Below, piece after piece: positions 30,440 through 41,082 of a stretch of 53,371 bases of DNA. Source of the stretch: an uncultured archaeon (GTDB taxonomy: Archaea; Asgardarchaeota; Thorarchaeia; Thorarchaeales; Thorarchaeaceae); contig CAZLEV010000004.1 in NCBI GenBank assembly GCA_964558645.1, forward strand, positions 1 to 53,371, read 5' to 3'. The position numbers were made by a program, and so were the translations under genes. Under the pieces are notes generated by a model. The model did no database searches, had not been told where the DNA came from, and saw only the letters and a program-made list of their open reading frames with translations. Within the stretch, counting starts at the first letter, position 1, and each line of letters begins with the position of its first letter.

Positions 30440-33025
30440 ATGTCTGTGATTCAAAAGGGGAGATTCTCTATCCCAAGAGAGATTGGTGAACGTCAGCTCG
30501 GTCTACCGCTGTTGTACTTGACCGCGCTGATACTCCACGCATCTTTCTTCCCCTTCAGTACCTACCCGATAGCTGGAGTGTTAAGTTTCATATCAGGAAC
30601 GACGTGGTCAATCCTTATACCTGGATTCGCAATACTATCTGTCATCTTGCCAGATGAGAAACCGTCCTTGGCGACGGTGGTTCTAGCTGGATTGGCACTG
30701 GACATGTTCATAATTCATCTCTCCTATCTCCTAGCACTCTTTGCGGAAGTGTTTGTGCATCCCCTAGTATTCATGTTGGTCTTGCACTCAATCCTCGTGC
30801 TTGTCCTGATGAGAAGGGCTGTGAGTTTCGATGTGCCCAGCCTAGATGATGTACGACTTTGTCTGCACCAGCAGAAAATGGTGGTATTCCTGATTATCGT
30901 TGGTGTAGCGCTAAGGTTAATTGTTGCAGCTATGGCATCGGAATCGATTGCTCCAGATGCATGCATGTATTCAAATTATGCGAGGAATCTGCTTACAGGG
31001 AATTTCGAAACAGATGTGCTGCAAGATGCAAGAATCTATGACCTTAGAAACGGGATGCAGTATTCATTCCATCAGGGGTATATCTATCTTGCATCGCTGT
31101 CCTTCGTCCTAGTCCAACCAGTAATTTCAGGACCAGTCCCAATCCTGATTCTTGCAGGACTTGCACTAGCTGGGATGGTATACAATCTCGGCAAGAATCT
31201 CTTTTCTGATAGAGCCGGTACCGCAGCAGCTGCAATTATACTAACACATCCAACCTTCGTTTTTCATTCGTCAGTAGCATATGGACCGGAGATTACAAGC
31301 CTCCTAGCAATACTCGGTTGCCTAGTCATACTCACCCACAGAGGCCCGCTCCATAAGATGCACTATTTCATGGCGGGCATTCTTCTTGCGATTGGAGATT
31401 TGATCTGGTATCCGAACTTCCTTCTCTTTACAGCTGCTCTGCCAGTCTTCTTGTATTTTGTGAATCGGTTGACGAAGAGAGAACTAGTTAGTGTTGCACT
31501 CATCTCGTGGTCCTTACTTGCGATGAGAATCTTCTTTGTATATATTGACCTTTACTTCATTTCCGTCTTTGTTACCCTTGCGACATCAGCTGTTGTGGGA
31601 AGCAGACGAAACCAAGTAAGTGAATACGGATTCCTCGCAGTGGCCGTCATTGTCACAGAGGCTATATGGCGAGGGACAATTCAGCTGTTTTCGTCAACTG
31701 TCGGGTACTACTTCCAACCCCAAATGCTCAACTCGTTAGCCCAAGCTCCAAATCCACAACTGGCAATCTTCCTCAGAGAGATTACTTCGGAGCTGATTAT
31801 CAAGTACGTGAGCTTTCTTACTATGCATGTTACTCCAGTAATCCTAGTTGGGTCAATAGCAGGTCTGTTTCTTCCGAAAACGCGGAGAAACATCGCGGGT
31901 TGCCTCAGTGTCCTTGTTGTTGGAAGCATAGGGACGTTGTTTCTCTTTGCATCATTTTCTGGCTTCAAAGAGGTTCTCACTATGCAATACATCCTCTCAG
32001 ACTCGCGGTTTTTCCTGTCATTGGCGAGCGTGGCAATCATAGCTGGGTCCAAGGCGCTATGTGATATCCTCGAGGCTATCGGTTCGTATGTCGAACAAAA
32101 AGATGGACTACTCCCTAGCTGGGGCTCGAATAAGACACAGGGGGTATTGCTGCTTATAGTGAGCACCTGCTACCTTCCCTTATACATATCTATTCCCAGC
32201 GGGCTTGGCCTCATCAATCACGAAACCAGGTTTGGATGGGTAGGTCTCCCTGACATCATCTTACGCGAAACTGAGCCCGACAGCATTATCCTCACCCAAA
32301 GGGCTACTGAGATGGCTTGGCTTACGGGGAGAACGTCGGCCAGTCCAAGATTCCGTACTGGTGCATCCCTAACTAGCTCCTTGATCGCGCTTCGGGCCCT
32401 AATGCAGACAAGAGATGCCTCTTGGTTCGTCATGGATGCATACACAGCTGCAAGCTTCAAAACGCTTGATGAGATACTGAGAATCCCGATGGCAATAGGA
32501 AACTCGGTGCCTCTTGGCCTGCAAGACCTCCTTGATGCTGAGAATACTGTTTCTTGTCAGTCGATTACGCTGAGGGCTCAGACTGAACCGAACATCAATG
32601 GTGACTACACGCGTCTCTTCCACCTTGAGAATGTCACCTATTCTTTCGACTCCTCGGTGAACCTCCTGTCATCAGGGTGGGCAGCAAGCAATGGCGGGCA
32701 TATCGAGAATAGCAGTGGAGTAGCATCTCTTCTTATTGGTGAGAACGCCAACTACACGAATACCTGGCGGCCCGATGGCTACGATCTAGGCCTGACTGGA
32801 TCCTCAAGCTTCATCCTTATCGATGTACAATCACAGGGCGCCTCTCTGGCCCGCATCGAGTTCTATGATGAAACGGGTACCTACTACGGGAAAGCATCCA
32901 GTCTTGGACAAGGGAACTACTTCTTCTATATCGGCAGTTCCACTATTGGGGACATCAGATTCGTGATTGAGGGAGAACCGGGAAACTCGCTCCTTGTTGA
33001 GTCCATACAGGTCTGGGGAAGATAG
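30440..33025 (+). CDS. Large GT-C (PMT_2/ArnT-like) membrane glycosyltransferase with extracytoplasmic C-terminal domain
   Basis: LRL...APDACMYSNYARN loop, many TM segments, and a beta-rich C-terminal domain. Confidence 0.7.
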   Translation: MSVIQKGRFSIPREIGERQLGLPLLYLTALILHASFFPFSTYPIAGVLSFISGTTWSILIPGFAILSVILPDEKPSLATVVLAGLALDMFIIHLSYLLALFAEVFVHPLVFMLVLHSILVLVLMRRAVSFDVPSLDDVRLCLHQQKMVVFLIIVGVALRLIVAAMASESIAPDACMYSNYARNLLTGNFETDVLQDARIYDLRNGMQYSFHQGYIYLASLSFVLVQPVISGPVPILILAGLALAGMVYNLGKNLFSDRAGTAAAAIILTHPTFVFHSSVAYGPEITSLLAILGCLVILTHRGPLHKMHYFMAGILLAIGDLIWYPNFLLFTAALPVFLYFVNRLTKRELVSVALISWSLLAMRIFFVYIDLYFISVFVTLATSAVVGSRRNQVSEYGFLAVAVIVTEAIWRGTIQLFSSTVGYYFQPQMLNSLAQAPNPQLAIFLREITSELIIKYVSFLTMHVTPVILVGSIAGLFLPKTRRNIAGCLSVLVVGSIGTLFLFASFSGFKEVLTMQYILSDSRFFLSLASVAIIAGSKALCDILEAIGSYVEQKDGLLPSWGSNKTQGVLLLIVSTCYLPLYISIPSGLGLINHETRFGWVGLPDIILRETEPDSIILTQRATEMAWLTGRTSASPRFRTGASLTSSLIALRALMQTRDASWFVMDAYTAASFKTLDEILRIPMAIGNSVPLGLQDLLDAENTVSCQSITLRAQTEPNINGDYTRLFHLENVTYSFDSSVNLLSSGWAASNGGHIENSSGVASLLIGENANYTNTWRPDGYDLGLTGSSSFILIDVQSQGASLARIEFYDETGTYYGKASSLGQGNYFFYIGSSTIGDIRFVIEGEPGNSLLVESIQVWGR

Positions 33026-33160
33026 CTTCTGACGGAAACAGGCGTCGGAGAGAAGTGAGATGCCGTACCTGAAAACAGAGGGGTCGTGTGTTCCGAATAA
33101 TCACATTTTTAATGCAGGCTCAGACGTCGAAGGACGATAATTGTGAGGTAGTGAATCTGA

Positions 33161-34165
33161 TTGGTTAGAGGAATCGCACTCGTCGGCGCAGGTCATTGGG
33201 GAAAGAATCACCTGAACGCTTTGAGCAAACTTGCTCGCAAGGGAATCATAGACAGGCTGGTTCTCTGTGATGCGGACCCAGCCGCTGAGAAGCGAATAGA
33301 TGAGGGTAGCGAAATCCAGTTCACCACAGACATAGAGGACGTTCTGTCAGACAACGAGATTGTCGCAGTTGACCTTGCCACACCAACGTCAACTCATTTC
33401 GAGCTAGGAAAGCGGATTTTGGCGGCTGGTAAGGATGCATTCATCGAAAAGCCCCTGGCGTATACCACCGAGCAATGCGACGAGCTAATCACCCTTGCAG
33501 AAGAGAACGAGCGAATCCTAATGACCGGGCATATCTTCCGTTACCATCCTGCGGTTCAGATGCTGGTGGATGAAATAGCTAAGGGCAGGTTTGGAGAGAT
33601 TCGCAGCATCGATATAGCACGACTGGCACTCAGGCCCCCTCGGAGAGACATGGGAGTACTCCACGCCTTAGCAATCCATGACATAGACTTGGCGTGCTAT
33701 CTGTACGGCGTTGATTCGCCGAGAACTGTCTTCACCATGGCGCAGTCATTCTATACCGAGCACCCAGATGAGATGGCAATCCTGCTGCTTGATTTCGGAG
33801 AGGAGCGCATGGCCAAGGTCGAGTCCAGCTGGCTCAATCCTGTGGCCCACAAGACCCGCACTCTTGAACTGATAGGCTCCCAGGCAAGTGCGTTTCTTGA
33901 CTTCTTGGAACCGCAGGTCTTGAAGGTGTTTGAGCAGGGTATTGTTCAGCAAGGCGACAACGGAGAGCTCTCTCTGTCTAATGGCGAGACTCTCACAATG
34001 ACGACGGATGCAGATATGCCGCTTGATATTGAACTGAAGCACTTCATAGATTGCGTTGTTGGGAGGAAAAAGCCAAGGACCGATGGATATGTTGGGCGCA
34101 ATGCAGTCCGCATGATCGAGTGCGCCTTCGAGTCCTTGGAAAAGGGCGTTCCAGTGGAATTCTGA
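33161..34165 (+). CDS. Gfo/Idh/MocA oxidoreductase (WbpB/WlbA-like)
   Basis: GAGHWG, FIEKPLA, GHIFRYHP and IHDID motifs. Confidence 0.88.
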   Translation: MVRGIALVGAGHWGKNHLNALSKLARKGIIDRLVLCDADPAAEKRIDEGSEIQFTTDIEDVLSDNEIVAVDLATPTSTHFELGKRILAAGKDAFIEKPLAYTTEQCDELITLAEENERILMTGHIFRYHPAVQMLVDEIAKGRFGEIRSIDIARLALRPPRRDMGVLHALAIHDIDLACYLYGVDSPRTVFTMAQSFYTEHPDEMAILLLDFGEERMAKVESSWLNPVAHKTRTLELIGSQASAFLDFLEPQVLKVFEQGIVQQGDNGELSLSNGETLTMTTDADMPLDIELKHFIDCVVGRKKPRTDGYVGRNAVRMIECAFESLEKGVPVEF

Positions 34166-34177
34166 GGAGATGATAAG

Positions 34178-34846
34178 TTGGCTGACTTCAAGAATTGCAT
34201 GATACATCCCACGGCAATAATCCACGAAAACGTGCAGCTCGGGGATGGAACGGTAGTCGGGCCATACGCCATCATCGGAGAACCTCCGCGAGGAACTGAA
34301 CCCGGCGATCTCAAAACGACAATTGGTGCCGACTCCGTCATCCGTTCCCATTCGGTAATATATGCTGGAAACATCATTGGCGACAACTTCCAGACTGGCC
34401 ACAAGGCCAATATCAGGGAACTCAACAACATAGGCAGTAACGTGACAATTGGTACGCACTCCATCGTTGAGCACCATGTTGGGATAGCTAATGGCGTCAG
34501 AATCCACTCCAATGCGTTCATCCCAGAGTTCTCGGTCCTCGAAGAGGGATCTTGGGTTGGACCGAACGTGGTATTCACAAACGCAAAACACCCCCTCTGT
34601 CCTGACGCGAAAGAGTGTCTGAAGGGACCGACCATCAAGAAAGGAGCAAAGATTGGAGCAAATGCGACCCTCGCACCAGGAGTGATCATCGGCGAGATGG
34701 CATTGGTGGGAGCGGGGGCGCTCGTTGTGCATGATGTGGCCCCGCGGGCAGTGGTTGTGGGGAACCCCGCAAAGACAATCAAGACAATCGACGACCTCGA
34801 GTGTGACTATGGCGTTCGCAATCAACCGTATGATGAGAGTGATTGA
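34178..34846 (+). CDS. Hexapeptide-repeat N-acetyltransferase (WbpD/WlbB-like)
   Basis: Left-handed beta-helix hexapeptide repeats; GPNVVFTN and VVVGNPA motifs. Confidence 0.88.
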   Translation: MADFKNCMIHPTAIIHENVQLGDGTVVGPYAIIGEPPRGTEPGDLKTTIGADSVIRSHSVIYAGNIIGDNFQTGHKANIRELNNIGSNVTIGTHSIVEHHVGIANGVRIHSNAFIPEFSVLEEGSWVGPNVVFTNAKHPLCPDAKECLKGPTIKKGAKIGANATLAPGVIIGEMALVGAGALVVHDVAPRAVVVGNPAKTIKTIDDLECDYGVRNQPYDESD

Positions 34847-35955
34847 ACATGGACTTACCAATACCCAGAACCAAAGTTGAAGTGGACAAACGTGGAAAGG
34901 ATGCCCTTCTGGACATCATTGACAGTGGTCGGTTCATCAAGGGACCACATGCTGAGGCACTTGGAGAAGAGTTTGCAGCGTATTGCGGAACTAAGCACGG
35001 AGTGTGCACGAGCTCAGGCTCAACTGCGCTGTTCGCAGCACTGAAGACCGCCGGCATCGGACCCGGTGACGAAGTCGTTACCGTGCCCAATACGTTCATC
35101 GCCACAGTCAATGCGATAATCCTTGCTGGTGCCCGTCCGGTATTTGCTGATGTTGACGAGAATACCTACAATATGAGTGTAGAATCGCTCGAAACCGTAC
35201 TCAATCCGAGAACCAAAGCAATCATTCCGGTGCACCTCTACGGACTGATGGCACCAATGCCAGAGATCATGGATTTGGCTGAGGATAGGGACCTTGTCGT
35301 TATTGAGGATGCATGTCAGGCCCATGGAGCAGACATCAACGGGAAGAGAGCTGGTTCTTTCGGCCACATGACGGCCTTCTCATTCTATCCGTCCAAGCTA
35401 CTAAATACCGCTGGCGATGGAGGAATCATTGTCACCGATAATGAAGAAGCTGCGGAAAAGGTATCGAGATTCATCAATCACGGTCGGAAGAGCCAATACG
35501 AGTATTCTGAATTTGGATTTAATTTCCGGTTGAGTGAACTGCAAGCAGCCATCGTCAGGATTCATCTGGAGCACTTGGACAAGGAGATTGCAGACCGGAG
35601 GAGGATTGCGCGATTCTATGATGACGAACTCGTAGAGATTGATGGAATTGAGCCTCCCTATATTCCGAAGAGCTACGGACACGTCTACTACCTTTACACT
35701 GCTCTGGCAACAGCCAGGGATGCATTGCTGGATAAGCTAGACGAGAAGCAGATAGGAGCGTCGGTGGAGTATCCAGTGGTTCTGCATCAGCTGGACTATG
35801 TTCAATCACTCAACCCAGTGCTCCCACCGCAGGGCCTAGGGAACTCCGAACGGTGTCTAGAGAAGATATGTGCCTTACCCATGTACAGCAGTATCGCACA
35901 AGACGAGATGCAGTATGTGGTTGGCGCAATAACTGAATTCTACGAGGGAATGTGA
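34843..35955 (+). CDS. DegT/DnrJ/EryC1/StrS aminotransferase (WbpE/WlbC-like)
   Basis: PVHLYG, IEDACQAHGA, SFYPSK (PLP-binding Lys) and GFNFRL motifs. Confidence 0.92.
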   Translation: MNMDLPIPRTKVEVDKRGKDALLDIIDSGRFIKGPHAEALGEEFAAYCGTKHGVCTSSGSTALFAALKTAGIGPGDEVVTVPNTFIATVNAIILAGARPVFADVDENTYNMSVESLETVLNPRTKAIIPVHLYGLMAPMPEIMDLAEDRDLVVIEDACQAHGADINGKRAGSFGHMTAFSFYPSKLLNTAGDGGIIVTDNEEAAEKVSRFINHGRKSQYEYSEFGFNFRLSELQAAIVRIHLEHLDKEIADRRRIARFYDDELVEIDGIEPPYIPKSYGHVYYLYTALATARDALLDKLDEKQIGASVEYPVVLHQLDYVQSLNPVLPPQGLGNSERCLEKICALPMYSSIAQDEMQYVVGAITEFYEGM

Positions 35956-35964
35956 AGTTTAAAA

Positions 35965-37296
35965 ATGAAGATTCTAATCATCGGTGCCGGCTACGTCGGG
36001 CTCTCTACAGGTGTGGTCCTTTCCGAATCTCACGAGGTTCGCTTGCTGGAGATAGACCGAGCGAGGGTCGAGGCGATAAATCGAGGCGAATCGCCCATAT
36101 ATGAGCGTGGACTTGACACTCTTCTGAAGGAACGCCTAGCAGAGGGAAAGCTTAGAGCACTTCATACCAGCGACGAGATTGGCCCTATGGATGCTGTCTT
36201 CATCTGTGTTGGCACACCATCCGGTTCTGACGGATCAGTAGACCTCTCACAGGTGGAGAGTGCGGCCGACTTCATCATGAATCATCTCGATGAACTGCTC
36301 AAGGACTATCTGGTCATCATTATGAAAAGCACGGTTCCTCCAGGAACCACACGAAGGTATCTCGTTGACCGTATCGAAGACCAGCATCTTCTGGACAGAG
36401 CTGGGGTTGTGTTCAACCCGGAGTTCCTGCGGGAAGGTACAGCCCTTGATGACTCGAAGAACCCGGACAGAACAGTCATAGGATGCACGACCTCGAAGGA
36501 GTTCGAAGTGGTACGGAGCATTTACGAGCCAATCATCGACAAAGACTCAGGGCCCTACTTGCATACAAACATCGAATCCGCGGAGCTATGTAAGTATGCG
36601 AGCAATAGCTTCCTCGCCACCAAGATATCATTCTCCAACGAGATTGCAAACATAGCTGAACAGATTCCCGGAGCGGATATTGGTGAGGTGATGAAGTGCG
36701 TTGGACTTGATAGCAGGATATCCCCCAGATTCTTTGGCTCCGGTGCGGGATACGGTGGGTCTTGCTTCCCAAAGGATACACTCGGACTCATGCGAGTTGC
36801 AGAGGACTTAGGCATCAGTACTCCCATCCTGAGTGCGGTGGACACCGTGAATAAGCAACGGCCGCTTAGGCTTGTGAACATGCTTGAGAGCCTACTTGGA
36901 AATCTATCCATGCAGAGGGTTACAGTCCTGGGACTCGCATTCAAGCCCAATACGGACGATACGAGATACTCGCCGGCGCTCAGAGTAATTGAACTCCTGC
37001 AGAACAGAGGGTCAATCGTCAGGGTACACGATCCTCTAGCCCCTAGGATAGTGCAGAAGCTCGAGCTGCCGAACGGCGTGGAAGCGACTAACGACCTAGA
37101 GGAAAGCCTCACCGATGCGGATGCTGCAGTCCTTGTGACAGACTGGCCAGTGTACAAGGAAACAGGTCTCTCTGGACTGACCAGATTCATGAAGAGTGCT
37201 GTTCTGGTCGACGGCAGGAGGGTCTTCTCGGAAGAGGAGGTTCCGTCCTCAATCCAGTACATCACTGTGGGCAGAACAAAGAAGTCTGAAACGTAG
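35965..37296 (+). CDS. ugd: UDP-glucose/GDP-mannose 6-dehydrogenase
   Basis: GAGYVG, VGTP, KSTVPPGT, NPEFLREG, GYGGSCFPKD and AFKPNTDD motifs. Confidence 0.92.
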   Translation: MKILIIGAGYVGLSTGVVLSESHEVRLLEIDRARVEAINRGESPIYERGLDTLLKERLAEGKLRALHTSDEIGPMDAVFICVGTPSGSDGSVDLSQVESAADFIMNHLDELLKDYLVIIMKSTVPPGTTRRYLVDRIEDQHLLDRAGVVFNPEFLREGTALDDSKNPDRTVIGCTTSKEFEVVRSIYEPIIDKDSGPYLHTNIESAELCKYASNSFLATKISFSNEIANIAEQIPGADIGEVMKCVGLDSRISPRFFGSGAGYGGSCFPKDTLGLMRVAEDLGISTPILSAVDTVNKQRPLRLVNMLESLLGNLSMQRVTVLGLAFKPNTDDTRYSPALRVIELLQNRGSIVRVHDPLAPRIVQKLELPNGVEATNDLEESLTDADAAVLVTDWPVYKETGLSGLTRFMKSAVLVDGRRVFSEEEVPSSIQYITVGRTKKSET

Positions 37297-37354
37297 TAGA
37301 AAAGCACGCTTTGGTGAGTGCTAAAGAGGGCGGATCGTTCTAGTAGACGCTATA

Positions 37355-37858
37355 TCAAGCATCCGTGGGTGAATATTCTCTCTGGAATAGTGCTGGAACA
37401 TATCGTATGGTCGTAGCAGCGAGAAGAAATACTGCCCCATACAGAGGATACCACCAGTAGTCTGACCAGAAAAGGCCAAATGAGAAGGGAATCCCAAGAG
37501 GATAGAATAGACGGAGTCCCATTTCGATCCATGGGTGCATTGTTAAGTCCATGAAGAGGTGACTTGCACAACCAATCGAGATGAGTTGGAATCGCTTCAG
37601 GAAAGAGGTCCGCTCCATTTGGAAGCACGCTGCGGCAAAGTACGCTAAGACTACAGCTCCTAGAATTGAATGTGTGGCTCGTACCAGGTTCAGCCAGTAG
37701 AGCTCGGTCGCGGCCAGCAACCACGTTATAGGCCGCTCAATATCTATGATGACAGCACCGAGAACAATCAACATCTGTTCGGGTCTATTGTCATCTCTTC
37801 GAATCAGCATCGCAAGCGATACGCCAAACAGAAGATGGGTGAGTACGTCGGGCATCAT
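37355..37858 (-). CDS. Membrane-bound metal-dependent hydrolase (YdjM-like)
   Basis: MPD..TH, IDIE, THS and SHLFMD motifs; a GGAGGT RBS precedes the ATG at 37858. Confidence 0.8.
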   Translation of the reverse strand: MMPDVLTHLLFGVSLAMLIRRDDNRPEQMLIVLGAVIIDIERPITWLLAATELYWLNLVRATHSILGAVVLAYFAAACFQMERTSFLKRFQLISIGCASHLFMDLTMHPWIEMGLRLFYPLGIPFSFGLFWSDYWWYPLYGAVFLLAATTIRYVPALFQREYSPTDA

Positions 37859-37859
37859 C

Positions 37860-38336
37860 CTACCTCCGCACCACGAATGCCACTCTCTTCCAATCCACAG
37901 TGAAGACTGCAAAGAAGAGTGCAACAAATAAGACGATTCCAGGGATGGACCGTATTATGGAGCTGTATGATTGGTGGATGTAGACCTCCTCCACGACTAT
38001 CGAGTTGTTTGATGACACCCACGATATGCCGCGGAACAGCACATGATCTCCCTTCTCTGGAACACCTGCTGACTGCGAGAAGACCAGAAGGACTCCTTCA
38101 GCAGTGTGTGCTATAGAGTAAGAACCCTGGGCATCTGTGTCTATGATACCTGCACTCGAAGATATCCGATGTCCCTCTAAGGGAAGGGGGTTGTCTGCCA
38201 GTGTCCCGATATCCACAAGTGTATATCCGGGCTGGGAAACGGAGTAGGGAGTCAACAGATTCACAGTCACAATCAAGACAAGAAAGATACCTAGCAGGCC
38301 TACACCCTTGGCCAACTCTGAGCGAAACCACTTCAT
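37860..38336 (-). CDS. Hypothetical membrane protein (N- and C-terminal TM, central OB-fold-like domain)
   Basis: Two terminal hydrophobic helices and a GDHVLFRG beta-rich core; tightly packed with the hydrolase gene. Confidence 0.6.
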   Translation of the reverse strand: MKWFRSELAKGVGLLGIFLVLIVTVNLLTPYSVSQPGYTLVDIGTLADNPLPLEGHRISSSAGIIDTDAQGSYSIAHTAEGVLLVFSQSAGVPEKGDHVLFRGISWVSSNNSIVVEEVYIHQSYSSIIRSIPGIVLFVALFFAVFTVDWKRVAFVVRR

Positions 38337-38501
38337 GGCTCAACACTCATTGAGCTCTCCAATTAACCATTTCGTAGGGCGTGTTCCATCCGGCATTGTT
38401 CCTCCTGCGGCAGAGATAGCGCCAAGAAGACTGACGCCTATTTCAAAGGACGACCAATATGCTCAATAGCAGACAGGGGCCAAACATCTTCAGGGTCAGC
38501 C

Positions 38502-39548
38502 GTGGACCAGAGAAAGCATGTTCTGATGTTGGTGGAGAGATACCGGCCTGCAGTTGGAGGTGTTGAGAAACATCTGGAGAATCTATTCAAGACCCTCGGT
38601 AGCCAACACTACAGATTCACAGTTCTAACGGCCAGCCATAGAAAGGGACTTCGACCTTTCGAAGAGAGAGACGAGTGTACCATCATACGGATACCCCACG
38701 GTCAGGAGAGAAGCCCCATCGCGGTCTGGCGCTACATCCGTTCAGTGGCGCACCAAATCACTCCCTGCGACATTCTCCATGTCCACGATGTCACCCCTCT
38801 GGTGTTCTGGTGGATTCCCCTCGTTTCACTCATCCCAAAGCGCCCATTCATGACATTCCACGGTTACGAGCAAGACCCGGTACCCCTCGTCTGGAAGCTG
38901 ATAAGACATCTAGCCGACAGAATAGCAGAGGACTCGCTCTGCATCGGGAGGTTTATCGAGGACATCTACGGTATCAGCTGCGGACATATGTCTCTGGGTG
39001 CAGTACACGAGCGCGATGGCAGCTCCTCAGAGTCCAAAGGCCTTGTCTATGTGGGAAGGCTGGAGTCCGACACTGGAATCATGACCTATATCCAGGCACT
39101 CCGATATCTCAGAGAGAAATACAACCTCAAGATACCACTGACAGTCTGTGGAGGTGGCAGTCTGATGGATGAGATAGATCGGATATCCAGGCGGGAAGAC
39201 CTCGATATTGTCCTGACGGGTGTGGTTGACGACCCAGCCGGAAGTATCGATGGAAGACTCGCATCTCTCTCACCCGGATACCTCTCAATCCTTGAGTCGA
39301 TGATGATGGGTGTCCCTGTCATCGGTGTGGCAACAACATACCTTCGACATCGCTATCTCCTTGCAGTGCGCCGCGCTGGGGGTCCTATCTCGATACAGAC
39401 CAGCGCCCAGGGAGTCGCAGAAGAGATCCGAAGGCTCTATGAAGACAGTGGGCTGCGGACAAGACTAGCGAAGAGAGCCAGGGACTTCTCTAAGCAATAC
39501 ACATGGGAGAGACTGGCTGACGAGTACATCACAATGTGGAAAAGATGA
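38502..39548 (+). CDS. Glycosyltransferase family 4
   Basis: PAVGGVE, YVGRLE, ILESMMMGVP and YTWERLA motifs. Confidence 0.88.
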   Translation: MDQRKHVLMLVERYRPAVGGVEKHLENLFKTLGSQHYRFTVLTASHRKGLRPFEERDECTIIRIPHGQERSPIAVWRYIRSVAHQITPCDILHVHDVTPLVFWWIPLVSLIPKRPFMTFHGYEQDPVPLVWKLIRHLADRIAEDSLCIGRFIEDIYGISCGHMSLGAVHERDGSSSESKGLVYVGRLESDTGIMTYIQALRYLREKYNLKIPLTVCGGGSLMDEIDRISRREDLDIVLTGVVDDPAGSIDGRLASLSPGYLSILESMMMGVPVIGVATTYLRHRYLLAVRRAGGPISIQTSAQGVAEEIRRLYEDSGLRTRLAKRARDFSKQYTWERLADEYITMWKR

Positions 39549-39558
39549 CTCATCCATA

Positions 39559-41082
39559 CTAAGACGAGAAGTGCCGCTCCAGCCTCTCCACGAATGGATG
39601 AAGAGTAGTAGGCAGGATTGATCTGGCCACTCTGAAATCGAATCTGGTGGGCTCACGTAGCAGCAGTAGAAGAAGGAGATAGAGCACAAGTGAAAGGATG
39701 CCCCAGATGGCCAACTGAGCAAGCCCTTCGAATCCAATGAGTCGAAGTGTCAAACCTGCGATGATTGAAGAGATGAGAATGCGGAGGGCTGTTTGTCTGC
39801 TTGGACCCACTCCGACAACACCGAGTTGCCTGAGTCGTAAGAGGGATGCCCCAAAGAGCGCAATCACATACAAACATCGGATGAGGGCAGCACCGAAAAC
39901 ACCAAGCAATGCAGTCAGATACCAGCACCCAATTATCTCGAAGATGATGATGGCGAGGCCCACAACTATGAAGAACTTTGATTCCCCCACTGACCTCAAC
40001 ACTGTGTGAATGCAATAGGTAAGGCCCCACAGGCAATAGGCAAAGACGAGGAGTGAGAGGGAGAGAGGCGCATCTGGAAATCCTGCATAAGAGGCACCAT
40101 AGACCTCCTTAAGGATTCCATTGGAGTTCAAAGACACAACCATTGCCAGAGGGAAGAGGAGCATCAATACGTAACGTAGTAGGGTTGCGGTGCCTCTGCT
40201 CATGGCGGACTCGGCCCCACCGACCTCTGACGCGTCAACCCTGAGGCGTGTGAGCACCGGGTAGAGAGAGGTAGATATCGACAGAGATACGAAACTCATG
40301 AGAAACAGCATCCCCAGAATCACGTCATAAACTCCGAGGCTTGCCAGGTCGGTGTGGTACAGCAGTATGACTCTGTCCGTGTTTTGCATCGTCACATCCA
40401 CTGTCTGGAAGGCCAGATTCGGGAGGGCAAAGGCGAGAATCGGTCTCATCTCAATGGGATCAGATTCTGTTGGTAGTCCCCTCACAGCTGATAGACCGAA
40501 TCCCAGACAGGCCACAAGTTCGCCAAGGAGCCAACCGACAACAACGCCGAGGACACCAAATCCTGCCATGACAAGTCCTACTGTAGCGAGTACACGAGAG
40601 ATATCAAATGCAAGTCTACCACCGGCCAACGAACGGACCTTGTACCGTGCCAGCAGAAACGAGTCTAGAAATGCTTCCAGGGCTGAGAATGGAGCCACTA
40701 GCAGTGCGAAGAGCAACAGGTCACTACTCAGAACGCCAGTGGCGATAAGCCAGGGGCCCATCAGTCCGACCACGACGACTAGTGAGAAGGATGTGGCCAG
40801 CACGATTCCCAAGGAGTGTTTGAGAAAGCTACGGACTCGAGAGAGCCGACCCAACCGTACATCCTCACTGACAACGAGGGGTGCAGCATGGTTAAGCCCT
40901 GCTGTTCCAAGGAACTGCAGAAAGCCGTAGATGATGGACAAAACAGCCACCTGCCCCATCTCTGCTTGAAGGAGGAGACGGGTCAGAATCATGATATTGA
41001 TGACTCTGAAGAGCCCTGAGAAGACCGACTGGCCCAGAAGGGCGGTGGTCCCTCGTGCTGAATCAACTGGCGCCTCAGTCAT
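39559..41082 (-). CDS. Oligosaccharide flippase (Wzx-like)
   Basis: About 14 TM segments; LTRLL..EMG and TDRVIL...LGVY motifs. Confidence 0.88.
   Translation of the reverse strand: MTEAPVDSARGTTALLGQSVFSGLFRVINIMILTRLLLQAEMGQVAVLSIIYGFLQFLGTAGLNHAAPLVVSEDVRLGRLSRVRSFLKHSLGIVLATSFSLVVVVGLMGPWLIATGVLSSDLLLFALLVAPFSALEAFLDSFLLARYKVRSLAGGRLAFDISRVLATVGLVMAGFGVLGVVVGWLLGELVACLGFGLSAVRGLPTESDPIEMRPILAFALPNLAFQTVDVTMQNTDRVILLYHTDLASLGVYDVILGMLFLMSFVSLSISTSLYPVLTRLRVDASEVGGAESAMSRGTATLLRYVLMLLFPLAMVVSLNSNGILKEVYGASYAGFPDAPLSLSLLVFAYCLWGLTYCIHTVLRSVGESKFFIVVGLAIIIFEIIGCWYLTALLGVFGAALIRCLYVIALFGASLLRLRQLGVVGVGPSRQTALRILISSIIAGLTLRLIGFEGLAQLAIWGILSLVLYLLLLLLLREPTRFDFRVARSILPTTLHPFVERLERHFSS

Noticed and set aside
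33746-34861. 371-aa and 278-aa minus-strand ORFs
   Set aside because: Antisense shadows of the well-supported oxidoreductase and acetyltransferase genes; no recognisable motifs.
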